The translations under genes and the position numbers were made by a program. Below the pieces are notes generated by a model that ran no database searches, was not told the origin of the DNA, and was given only the letters and a program-made list of their open reading frames with translations. From Acidimicrobiia bacterium (GTDB lineage Bacteria > Actinomycetota > Acidimicrobiia > Acidimicrobiales > Ilumatobacteraceae), in assembly GCA_032117595.1 (NCBI GenBank), contig JAULYZ010000087.1:665-64664 (forward strand): a DNA stretch of 64,000 nt, read 5' to 3'. Below, in pieces: positions 17,855 to 25,318 of this stretch (position 1 is the first letter of the stretch; each line of letters opens with the position of its first letter).

Positions 17855-18502
17855 CTACCGCTCATGGCTGTCCGCCTCGGGTCCGATGACACGTTCGAGC
17901 GACCCGAGGGCGCGGTAGAGGAGTGCTGCGACCACCTGTGGTGTGGTTCCCATGGCCTCGGCGGTCTCCTGGGGGCTGAGTCCTGCGAGGTACCGGAGTG
18001 CAATGACCTCGTGGTGCCGGGCCGGGATGCGGTCCAGCGCAGCACGCAGCGACTCGAGGTCGAGGCGCAGGTTGACCGTGTCTGCGGGATCTGCAGCGAG
18101 GGAAACGGGTGCACCGGCCAGGCGTTCGAGTGCCCGTTCCTTGCGGCCGTTGCGGCGGAAGTGCGTGGAAACCTCGTTCGCTGCGATGCGATAGAGCCAC
18201 GGACCGAGGCCGGCCGGACCGACCTCCACGCGATGAATGTTCTTCCACGCCCGCTCGAAGACGAGTGCCGTGATGTCGTCTGCCAGATGGCGGTCCCCGC
18301 AGCGTCGGACGGTGAAGGCGTGGATCCGGTGCAGATAGCGGCGGTAGAGGAGCGCAAAGGCATCGGGGTCGAGGCGGGCACGGGCGACGAGGGTGCGGTC
18401 ATCGGGCTCGTCGGTGTTGTCCACGCGGGAACAGTGTGACGCGTCGAGGTGGGACGTCCCAGCCGGCCCGGCTGCCTCTCGGGGCACTCGATGCTCTCCC
18501 AC
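17855..18502 (-). CDS. ECF-type RNA polymerase sigma-70 family factor
   Basis: Region 2 (FALLYRRYLHRIHAFTVRR..DDITALVFERAWKNI..PWLYRIAANE) and region 4 HTH (VIALRYLAGLSPQETAEAMGTTPQVVAALLYRA). True start uncertain; GTG 18502 is the longest option. Confidence 0.85.
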   Translation of the reverse strand: MGEHRVPREAAGPAGTSHLDASHCSRVDNTDEPDDRTLVARARLDPDAFALLYRRYLHRIHAFTVRRCGDRHLADDITALVFERAWKNIHRVEVGPAGLGPWLYRIAANEVSTHFRRNGRKERALERLAGAPVSLAADPADTVNLRLDLESLRAALDRIPARHHEVIALRYLAGLSPQETAEAMGTTPQVVAALLYRALGSLERVIGPEADSHER

Positions 18503-18603
18503 ACAGCACCGAGAACGCCGTTGAGCCTGCGTGATGACGATGTGCGCACGCTGGGGTGGATCGGCACGGGCCTCGGTCGGGGCGGTCGGGGAGTCAAGGG
18601 GTC

Positions 18604-18629
18604 AACGAGGTGCGCGCCGAGCGGGTTCA
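18604..18629 (-). promoter_or_regulatory. ECF-type promoter candidate, TGAACC-N16-CGTT
   Basis: Minus strand reads ATGAACCCGCTCGGCGCGCACCTCGTTGAC, matching the GAAC..N16-17..CGT pattern of ECF promoters. It points toward the ECF sigma gene, but the leader would be at least ~95 nt. Confidence 0.35.
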
Positions 18630-18639
18630 TACCCTCGGG

Positions 18640-18645
18640 TAACCT
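18640..18645 (+). promoter_or_regulatory. -10 hexamer TAACCT, leaderless-type, pgsA
   Basis: TAACCT, 6 nt, ATG. Confidence 0.45.
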
Positions 18646-18651
18646 GTCCAC

Positions 18652-19365
18652 ATGTTCGACGGAAAGTTCCGGGCACCGGTGGAGCGAGCGGTCAAGCCCA
18701 TCGGCGACACGCTCCGGCGGACCAAACTGAGCCCCGATCACCTCACGGTGATGGGTCTCCTCGTGGGTGCCGGGGCCGGCGTGGCCATCGGCGCCGGTGC
18801 ACTCACCCTCGGGTTCCTGCTCGTGGTGCTCGCTGCCCTGCCCGATCTGCTCGATGGAGCGCTTGCGAAGGCGAGCGGCACCTCGAGCCAGCGTGGAGCC
18901 TTCTTCGACTCGGTGATCGACCGGGTCACCGATGCCTTCCTCTTCGGCGGCCTTGCGTGGTTCTTCATCACGGACCACCCGGACAATCCGGAGTTGGGCG
19001 TCCTCCCGATGGCGGTGCTCGCCGTCTCGTCGATCATCTCCTACCAGCGGGCAAAGGCCGAGTCGCTCGGCCTCCAGGCCAAGGGCGGACTCATGGAGCG
19101 GGCCGAGCGGGTGATCCTGCTGTGCTTCGGGCTCCTCTTCGACAACCTGCTCGTCTGGGTCATGTGGCTGATGCTCGTGCTCGTCGTCATCACCGCCGTG
19201 CAGCGCTTCGTGAAGGTCTGGCGCCAGGCCGCGGTGGCGCCGGTTGTTGCGGCCCGGATCGAGCAGCGTCGGTCCCGCCGCCAGTCCCGGCGTGTCGCTC
19301 GGGTCGACCGTCGGGCGAGCGCACGGGTGAAGCCCCGCCGGCCGCGCCCATCGTCACCGGGCTGA
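18652..19365 (+). CDS. pgsA: CDP-alcohol phosphatidyltransferase, phosphatidylinositol phosphate synthase type
   Basis: CDP-alcohol motif PDLLDGALAK..GAFFDSVIDRVTD, multiple TM segments. Conserved position before patA. Confidence 0.85.
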   Translation: MFDGKFRAPVERAVKPIGDTLRRTKLSPDHLTVMGLLVGAGAGVAIGAGALTLGFLLVVLAALPDLLDGALAKASGTSSQRGAFFDSVIDRVTDAFLFGGLAWFFITDHPDNPELGVLPMAVLAVSSIISYQRAKAESLGLQAKGGLMERAERVILLCFGLLFDNLLVWVMWLMLVLVVITAVQRFVKVWRQAAVAPVVAARIEQRRSRRQSRRVARVDRRASARVKPRRPRPSSPG

Positions 19366-19369
19366 CGCC

Positions 19370-20290
19370 GTGGCCGACGTCGGCGGCGCACCGTCGCTCG
19401 GGCAATCGCTCACCACGATGGGGTACCGGGCCGCCTCGCTGGCGGCAAACCTCACCCCGGGGCCCGTGGCGCAGTTCATGTCGGGTGTTGCCGGCAGTGG
19501 CTTCGCCGTTGCGATGCGCGACCGGCGTGAGATGGTGGAGCGCCACCTCCGCCGAGCCGACCCGACGCTGTCCGGCCGCGCCCTCAGGCGGGCCGTTCAA
19601 GAAGCCTTCGACTCCTACAGTCGTTACTGGGTGGAGAGTTTTCGACTGCCGTATCTCCCCGCAGAGGTGGTCGACCGGGCGTTCACCCGCGATGGGTTTC
19701 AACACGTCCTCGACGGCATCGCTGGCGGCAAGGGGGTGATCCTTGCGCTGCCGCACTTGGGCGGCTGGGAGTGGGCCGGGCGCTGGTTGGCCGATCAGGG
19801 ACAGCGTCTGACCGTGGTGGTGGAGGAACTCGAGAACAAAGAACTCTTCGAGTGGTTCAAGAGTCTTCGATCGCGCCTCGGCATGACCGTGGTGCCCGTC
19901 GGGCCGGATGCGGCTGCCGCCGTGGGGCGTGCGCTCAAGGCGAACGAGGTCGTGTGCCTCCTGTGCGACCGCGACATCCAAGGGGGTGGAGTGGAGGTCG
20001 AGTTCTTCGGCGAGCGCACCACGCTGCCTGGCGGTCCGGCGATGCTCGGATTTCGCTCGGGTGCTCCGGTGCTCCCGGTGGCGGTGTATTTCGAGGACCG
20101 GTACAACGGGCATCACGCCATCATTCGCCCGCCGCTCGATGTGTCCCGCACTGCCGCGAGCCTGCGTGACGACGTGCAGCGGGTGACCCAGAGCCTTGCT
20201 CACGAGCTCGAGTGGCTGATCCGTCGAGCGCCCTCGCAGTGGCATCTCTTTCAGCCGAACTGGCCCAGCGACCCGGGGTACGGGTCGTGA
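19370..20290 (+). CDS. patA: phosphatidylinositol mannoside acyltransferase (LpxL/HtrB family)
   Basis: Lipid A biosynthesis acyltransferase-like pattern (ALPHLGGWEW, LLCDRD, FFGERTTLPGGPAMLGFRSGAPVLP). Synteny with pgsA. GTG start; alternative ATG at 19418. Confidence 0.8.
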   Translation: MADVGGAPSLGQSLTTMGYRAASLAANLTPGPVAQFMSGVAGSGFAVAMRDRREMVERHLRRADPTLSGRALRRAVQEAFDSYSRYWVESFRLPYLPAEVVDRAFTRDGFQHVLDGIAGGKGVILALPHLGGWEWAGRWLADQGQRLTVVVEELENKELFEWFKSLRSRLGMTVVPVGPDAAAAVGRALKANEVVCLLCDRDIQGGGVEVEFFGERTTLPGGPAMLGFRSGAPVLPVAVYFEDRYNGHHAIIRPPLDVSRTAASLRDDVQRVTQSLAHELEWLIRRAPSQWHLFQPNWPSDPGYGS

Positions 20291-21585
20291 GGCGAGCACG
20301 CATCGTCTCGGCGTTCCTCGCTGCGCTCTCGGCTCTCATCGTTGCTGCGTGGGCGCTGCCCGACGCGCGCGCCGTGCCGCCGTCCACCACCACCGGACCA
20401 GGTACCACCGCACCACCACCACCCGGGAGCTCGGGCGACTATGTGCGGGTCAACGAGTTCCGCCAGCTTTCTGGCTCCATCTCCCAGGCCGTACGGCTCG
20501 TGGCCGCCGACGTCGGGGGGCGATCGACGTTCTTCTACGGGGGCACCATCGGACTCACGCGGGTGCTGCGCGAGTCCACGGTCAAGTCGGCCTCGCCAAC
20601 GGGGTTCCGGTACCCGGTGACGTTCGCTGCGGTGAGCATCGATGACGCGCGGGGCCTGTTCGGCCTCGACATCCTTCGTGCTCTCGCCCGGGGTGATGTC
20701 GTCATGAACGTCGCCGCCGCCGAACGCCGAGGTGTGGAGGTCGGCGATGAGGTGCGTCTCGTCGGCTGGAACCGTGCGGTTCGACAGGTGCGGGTCGGCG
20801 CGCTCACCGATGTGGTGGGAGCCGAGGTGCTGTTCTCGAAGTCGCGTGCGCACGAACTCGGACTGCGCCGACCGTCGTATGTGCTCGTGTGGGGCTTCAG
20901 CGACCGGGCCGCGGTGGATTCGGCCCTCACGACCCGTCTCGCCGGCAAGGCTCCCGTCCGCATCAGCAGGAGCTGGGATGAGGCGACTGCGGATGAGACC
21001 CTGTCGTCGGTCGGGCTGAAGGCGATGCTCGGTGAGTTCGCCATCCGCGGGGACGGCAGTATCTCCGTCGACGCAACGTGGCGCCGGACCAACATCACCA
21101 CGGCCTTCTTCACGGTGGGTGGAAAGCGGATCATCAAGTCCTGTCACAAGCTGGTGATCCCGTTCGTGCAGCAGGCCCTCGACCGCATCACCGCCGAGGG
21201 GCTCGCGTCGGAAATCGACGTGAAGAACAGCCAGCGCTACGGCGGCTGTTTCCACCCGCGAGCCGTGCGTGCCGTGGGCGGCACCTCCGGCGGCAACGTG
21301 TCGACCCACACCTGGGGCGGGGCGATCGACTTCAACCCCACGGAGAACTGCATGGGTTGCCGTCCGAAGATCTCGTGCCGCGTCGTGCAGATCTTCCGCG
21401 AACTCGGCTTTGCATGGGGTGGGAACTTCCTCACGCGTGATGGCATGCACTTCGAGTACGTCGGCGAACCGCGGCACACCACCCCGAGTCGGCCCACCGA
21501 CCTGTGCCCGACCACCGGAACCTCGCCGCCCCTGGCGCCGCTCGATGCGCACGATTTCGTCGTCGAGGACCAACGACCTGAGTGA
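20287..21585 (+). CDS. secreted M15-family (VanY / L-Ala-D-Glu peptidase-like) metallopeptidase with a large N-terminal domain
   Basis: Signal-like N-terminus VRRARIVSAFLAALSALIVAAWALPDARA. C-terminal zinc-peptidase motifs STHTWGGAIDF (HxxGxAxD) and RDGMHFEY. GTGA start/stop overlap with patA. Confidence 0.75.
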   Translation: MRRARIVSAFLAALSALIVAAWALPDARAVPPSTTTGPGTTAPPPPGSSGDYVRVNEFRQLSGSISQAVRLVAADVGGRSTFFYGGTIGLTRVLRESTVKSASPTGFRYPVTFAAVSIDDARGLFGLDILRALARGDVVMNVAAAERRGVEVGDEVRLVGWNRAVRQVRVGALTDVVGAEVLFSKSRAHELGLRRPSYVLVWGFSDRAAVDSALTTRLAGKAPVRISRSWDEATADETLSSVGLKAMLGEFAIRGDGSISVDATWRRTNITTAFFTVGGKRIIKSCHKLVIPFVQQALDRITAEGLASEIDVKNSQRYGGCFHPRAVRAVGGTSGGNVSTHTWGGAIDFNPTENCMGCRPKISCRVVQIFRELGFAWGGNFLTRDGMHFEYVGEPRHTTPSRPTDLCPTTGTSPPLAPLDAHDFVVEDQRPE

Positions 21586-21621
21586 CCCGCCCGGGTGCGG
21601 CGCGTGGCAGCAGTGGGCTCC

Positions 21622-21627
21622 TACAGT
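21622..21627 (+). promoter_or_regulatory. -10 hexamer TACAGT, leaderless-type, CoA-transferase
   Basis: TACAGT, 6 nt, GTG 21634. This gives an N-terminus (VGALSGIVVLELG) typical of the family. Confidence 0.4.
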
Positions 21628-21633
21628 GATCCT

Positions 21634-22827
21634 GTGGGCGCGCTCTCCGGCATCGTGGTGCTCGAACTGGGCAACTTCATTGCGGGTCCCTTCGCCGGGC
21701 AGTTGCTCGGCGACCATGGCGCTCGGGTGATCAAGGTGGAGGCGCCCGGGAGCGGCGACCCGATGCGCCGGTGGGGGCCAACTCTCGACGACGAAGGTGT
21801 GTGGTGGCCGAGCATCGCCCGCAACAAGGAGTCGGTGGCGATTGATCTGCACACCGAACCGGGACGTGGCCTCGTGCGGACCATGGCGACTCATGTCGAT
21901 GTCGTGCTCGAGAACTTCAAGCCGGGAACCCTCGACTCGTGGGGTCTGGGCTACGCCGAGCTCGCTGCGGTCAATCCAGGTCTCGTCATGGTGCACGTGT
22001 CGGGCTTCGGTCAGACGGGCCCGATGGCCGAGCAAGCCGGCTTCGGGAGCATTGGTGAGGCCATGGGCGGTATCCGCCACACCACTGGCGATCCCGACCG
22101 CCCGCCGGCGCGCACGGGTATCAGCCTCGGGGACTCCCTCGCGGCGTTGTTCGCCGTGATCGGCACGCTCGGAGCACTGCACGAACGCAGCCGGAGCGGT
22201 CGTGGGCAGGAGGTCGACGTTGCCATCTATGAGGCGGTGGCCGCATTGATGGAGACAACGATGGCCGACTACGAACGGCTCGGTGTCACACGGGGCCGGA
22301 CGGGGTCGGTCCTGCCCGGTGTTGCTCCAGCAAACTCGTACCCCACCGCCGACGGTTCCGAGATCGTGATCGCGGCGAACGCCGATCAGGTCTTCGCCCG
22401 ACTCTGCACCGCAATGGGCGAACCGGCGCTCTCCTCAGACAGTCGTTTCGCCGACCACGAGGCGCGGGGGCGGAACCAACAGGTGCTCGACGCCCGTGTC
22501 GCAGCGTGGACCTCGCGTCACGCTGCCGACGACGTGCTGTCGCTGCTCGCAGCTGCGGGTGTGCCCGCCGGGCGCATCTACACGGCGCCCGACATGATCG
22601 ACGATCCGCAGTACCTCGCACGCGAGATGGTGCTCCGCATCGCCAACTCGGCTGGTGTCTCGGCACCGTTCGCTGGGGTAGTCCCCAAGATGTCGAGGAC
22701 CCCGGGGGCGGTGAAAAGCGGGGGGCCGCGTCTGGGGGAGCACACGCGCGCCGTGCTTGCCGAACTTGCCGGGGTCGACGCCGGACGACTCGCAGAACTG
22801 GTCGAGCAGGGGACCGTGTCCGCGTGA
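21634..22827 (+). CDS. CaiB/BaiF family (class III) CoA-transferase
   Basis: LSGIVVLELGNFIAGPFAGQLLGDHGARVIKVE, SIARNKESVAIDL, LENFKPG. Start set at GTG 21634 (TACAGT lies 6 nt upstream); the track start at 21595 is possible. Confidence 0.85.
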   Translation: MGALSGIVVLELGNFIAGPFAGQLLGDHGARVIKVEAPGSGDPMRRWGPTLDDEGVWWPSIARNKESVAIDLHTEPGRGLVRTMATHVDVVLENFKPGTLDSWGLGYAELAAVNPGLVMVHVSGFGQTGPMAEQAGFGSIGEAMGGIRHTTGDPDRPPARTGISLGDSLAALFAVIGTLGALHERSRSGRGQEVDVAIYEAVAALMETTMADYERLGVTRGRTGSVLPGVAPANSYPTADGSEIVIAANADQVFARLCTAMGEPALSSDSRFADHEARGRNQQVLDARVAAWTSRHAADDVLSLLAAAGVPAGRIYTAPDMIDDPQYLAREMVLRIANSAGVSAPFAGVVPKMSRTPGAVKSGGPRLGEHTRAVLAELAGVDAGRLAELVEQGTVSA

Positions 22828-22828
22828 G

Positions 22829-22834
22829 TACGGT
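22829..22834 (+). promoter_or_regulatory. -10 hexamer TACGGT, leaderless-type, HMG-CoA lyase-like gene
   Basis: TACGGT, 6 nt, ATG. The hexamer starts 2 nt after the upstream stop codon. Confidence 0.4.
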
Positions 22835-22840
22835 GACCTC

Positions 22841-23779
22841 ATGAGCACCGGAGCCAGCCCCTTACGCCCGGCAGGCGCGCTCCCGGCAGCAGTCGATCTC
22901 ATGGAGGTCTCGCCGCGCGACGGGCTGCAGGACTTCCCAGTTCCCGTACCCACAGCGACGAAGGTGGAGTTGATTCGACGCGCCGCCGCAGCAGGTATTC
23001 GCTCGATCGAGGTGGCGAGCTTCGCCCATCCGACCCGAGTGCCGCAGATGGCTGACGCCGAGGCGGTGATTGCTGCCACTGCCGACCTCGTCGACGTGAC
23101 GCGCGTGGCGCTCGTGCTCAACGACCGAGGCCTAGACCGTGCCATCGCATCGGGGATCCGCCACGTCAACATGGTGGTGGTCGTGTCGGAGACCTTCGCA
23201 CAGCGCAACCAAGGGATGTCCGTGCCCGAGTTGCTGGCAGTGCTCCGCCGGATTGTGCAGAGGTCGAGCGAGCACGGTGTCTCGGCCTCGGTGGTTCTCT
23301 CCGCTGCATTCGGGTGTCCCTACGAGCGCGACCTCAGCCCCGGTGCGGTACGGGATGTAGTTGCTGCGGCACTCGATACAGGGCCCTCCTCGGTGACGCT
23401 GGCCGACACCATTGGTGCGGCGGTGCCGACCATGGTGGGGGACCTTGTGGCGTGGACGGTCGAGCGAGCAGAGGTCTCGGTTCGCTGCCACCTGCACGAC
23501 ACCCGCAATACCGGTGTGGCGAATGCGATTGCTGCGCTCCAAGCAGGGGCCACCGGGCTCGACTCGAGCCTCGGTGGGCTCGGCGGTTGTCCCTTCGCCC
23601 CGGGCGCGACCGGCAATGTCGCCACCGAGGACGTCGTGTGGGCGCTGGAGCGGATGGGTGTACGCACCGGTATCGACCTCGAGCAAGCCATCGAGACGGT
23701 GGGGTGGATGCAGCGCGTCCTCGCCGACGGCGGGCGCCCGATCGGCGGTGCCGTCGCCCGCGCCGGACAGTTTCCCTGA
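22841..23779 (+). CDS. hydroxymethylglutaryl-CoA lyase-like (DRE-TIM) lyase
   Basis: EVSPRDGLQ, CHLHDTRNTGVANAIAALQAG, GLGGCPFAPGATGNVATED. Confidence 0.85.
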   Translation: MSTGASPLRPAGALPAAVDLMEVSPRDGLQDFPVPVPTATKVELIRRAAAAGIRSIEVASFAHPTRVPQMADAEAVIAATADLVDVTRVALVLNDRGLDRAIASGIRHVNMVVVVSETFAQRNQGMSVPELLAVLRRIVQRSSEHGVSASVVLSAAFGCPYERDLSPGAVRDVVAAALDTGPSSVTLADTIGAAVPTMVGDLVAWTVERAEVSVRCHLHDTRNTGVANAIAALQAGATGLDSSLGGLGGCPFAPGATGNVATEDVVWALERMGVRTGIDLEQAIETVGWMQRVLADGGRPIGGAVARAGQFP

Positions 23780-23842
23780 GCCGTCAGCAGATCGGGACGA
23801 ATTCGGGCGTCGCGGTACCGTCCCTGTGCTCGGCAGATGCCG

Positions 23843-23848
23843 TAAGGT
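23843..23848 (+). promoter_or_regulatory. -10 hexamer TAAGGT, leaderless-type, collagen-like gene A
   Basis: TAAGGT, 8 nt, ATG. Confidence 0.4.
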
Positions 23849-23856
23849 GCTTGACC

Positions 23857-24540
23857 ATGAGAACTCTTCGTGTCGTGCTGTCGGGTGCAACGTTGGCATC
23901 GGTGGTGCTCATTGCGGCACCACAGGCCCAGGCCGCTGAGGTGCAATCGGCGCCGTCTGCTGTGGAATGCATCGCGCCGTCTACCGGTGCGATCGGCCCG
24001 ACCGGCCCCCAGGGTGACACCGGTGCGTCCGGCCTCCCGTATACCAACGGCGATGGACCGAGCCGGGTCGCCCATCTCGTTGCAGGGGAGCTCCTGGCGC
24101 CGTGTGCCTTGCTTGCAGGTCTCTGTGCGTATCCGGTGCAGGGCGACTCGGGCGTCAAGGGACCGACCGGGGCAACCGGCCTCAACGAGCCGGTGCCGCT
24201 CAACGGACCTGCTCGTACTCCGCGCGTTCGGGGCAATGGCATCAGCGACTACTGCGAGGGGATTCCGCGGGAGTGCTGGTTCACGGTTCGCGGGCCTCAG
24301 GGGCCGACCGGGCCGGTGGGCGATACGGGGGCCACGGGCTTCAGCTTTGCGAACGGTCCCGGGCGGCTGGTGCACGGCGGCTCGTACGGTGAGGGCAGTC
24401 GGGTGCTCCTCGAGAACTGCAACATTCCGGCCACTGGTGGTGGCTCGACGTCGATGCTGCCGTTCGGAGTCGCGCTGCTCGGCGTGGGTGCAGTGGCGGT
24501 GCTGACCGGTCGTCGCCGTCGCCCGAACGTCGCAGCCTGA
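23857..24540 (+). CDS. small secreted Cys-bracketed protein with collagen-like G-X-Y runs and an IPATG-type C-terminal sorting signal (copy A)
   Basis: Signal peptide MRTLRVVLSGATLASVVLIAAPQAQA. Three modules, each Cys..(G-X-Y)4-5..NGPxR..Cys. C-terminus IPATGGGSTSMLPFGVALLGVGAVAVLTGRRRRP. No named family recognised. Confidence 0.75.
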   Translation: MRTLRVVLSGATLASVVLIAAPQAQAAEVQSAPSAVECIAPSTGAIGPTGPQGDTGASGLPYTNGDGPSRVAHLVAGELLAPCALLAGLCAYPVQGDSGVKGPTGATGLNEPVPLNGPARTPRVRGNGISDYCEGIPRECWFTVRGPQGPTGPVGDTGATGFSFANGPGRLVHGGSYGEGSRVLLENCNIPATGGGSTSMLPFGVALLGVGAVAVLTGRRRRPNVAA

Positions 24541-24604
24541 TCGTCGTTGGCCTCGCCTCATTCGGCGACACCCGGCGATGCGCCCTAGCGTCGCTTCCCG
24601 CGAG

Positions 24605-24610
24605 TACTCT
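24605..24610 (+). promoter_or_regulatory. -10 hexamer TACTCT, leaderless-type, collagen-like gene B
   Basis: TACTCT, 8 nt, ATG. Same spacing as copy A. Confidence 0.4.
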
Positions 24611-24618
24611 CGCTCGAC

Positions 24619-25296
24619 ATGAGAACACTTCGGGTCGTGCTGTCGGGTGCAACGTTGGCGTCGGTCGTGCTCGTTGCGGCACCGCAGGTGCAGGCCGCTG
24701 AGGTCTCGTCGGCTCCGTCTGCCGTGCAATGCATTGCACCGTCTACCGGTGCGATCGGACCGATCGGCGACCAGGGTGACACCGGTGCTACCGGGCCTGC
24801 GTACACCAACGGTACGGGAGGCCCGAATCGCATCGCCCATCGGGTTTCCGGGGCACCCCTTCCGCCGTGTGAACTCCTGACCGGGTTGTGCGTGGTCCCG
24901 ACCGACGGAATCCCCGGGGTGAAGGGGCCGACTGGGGCGACGGGTGAGCCCGAGGTCGGTGGCCCGAACGGGCCCGCTCGATTCCCGCACGTGCGCGGCC
25001 AGGACTTCTGTGACGGGATCCCCCGGGAGTGCTGGTACCCGGTTCGCGGCCCTCAGGGGCCGACCGGGCCGGCGGGCGATACGGGCGCAACGGGGCTGAG
25101 CCAGGAGAACGGCCCGAGCCGCCGTGTGCACGGCCTCGACTACAACGGGGGCGATCGGGTCACCCTCGAGAACTGCGACATCCCGGCTACCGGTGGTGGC
25201 TCGACGTCGATGCTCCCGTTCGGACTCGCGCTGCTCGGCGTGGGTGCGGTGGCGGTGCTGACCGGTCGTCGCCGTCGCCCGATGCCGCTCGCCTGA
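24619..25296 (+). CDS. small secreted Cys-bracketed protein with collagen-like G-X-Y runs and an IPATG-type C-terminal sorting signal (copy B)
   Basis: Paralog of 23857-24540 with the same architecture. The signal peptide and sorting signal are almost identical; the middle has diverged. Confidence 0.75.
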   Translation: MRTLRVVLSGATLASVVLVAAPQVQAAEVSSAPSAVQCIAPSTGAIGPIGDQGDTGATGPAYTNGTGGPNRIAHRVSGAPLPPCELLTGLCVVPTDGIPGVKGPTGATGEPEVGGPNGPARFPHVRGQDFCDGIPRECWYPVRGPQGPTGPAGDTGATGLSQENGPSRRVHGLDYNGGDRVTLENCDIPATGGGSTSMLPFGLALLGVGAVAVLTGRRRRPMPLA

Positions 25297-25318
25297 TCGT
25301 TCAACCGCTCGTTCAGAC

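Larger units (their letters stand above)
23843..25296 (+). repeat. tandem direct duplication of a ~760-bp unit (promoter plus gene), copies offset by 762 bp
   Basis: By-eye alignment of 23857-24540 against 24619-25296. The first ~80 nt and last ~100 nt are near identical (about five mismatches in the last ~100 nt); the middle has diverged. Both copies have a TANNNT hexamer 8 nt before the ATG. Confidence 0.85.

Noticed and set aside
23940-25130. Periodic GGN-NNN-NNN DNA in the collagen-like genes considered as a CRISPR array or noncoding tandem repeat.
   Set aside because: There are no regularly spaced identical direct repeats with unique spacers. The periodicity is codon-level G-X-Y inside two intact ORFs that have signal peptides.
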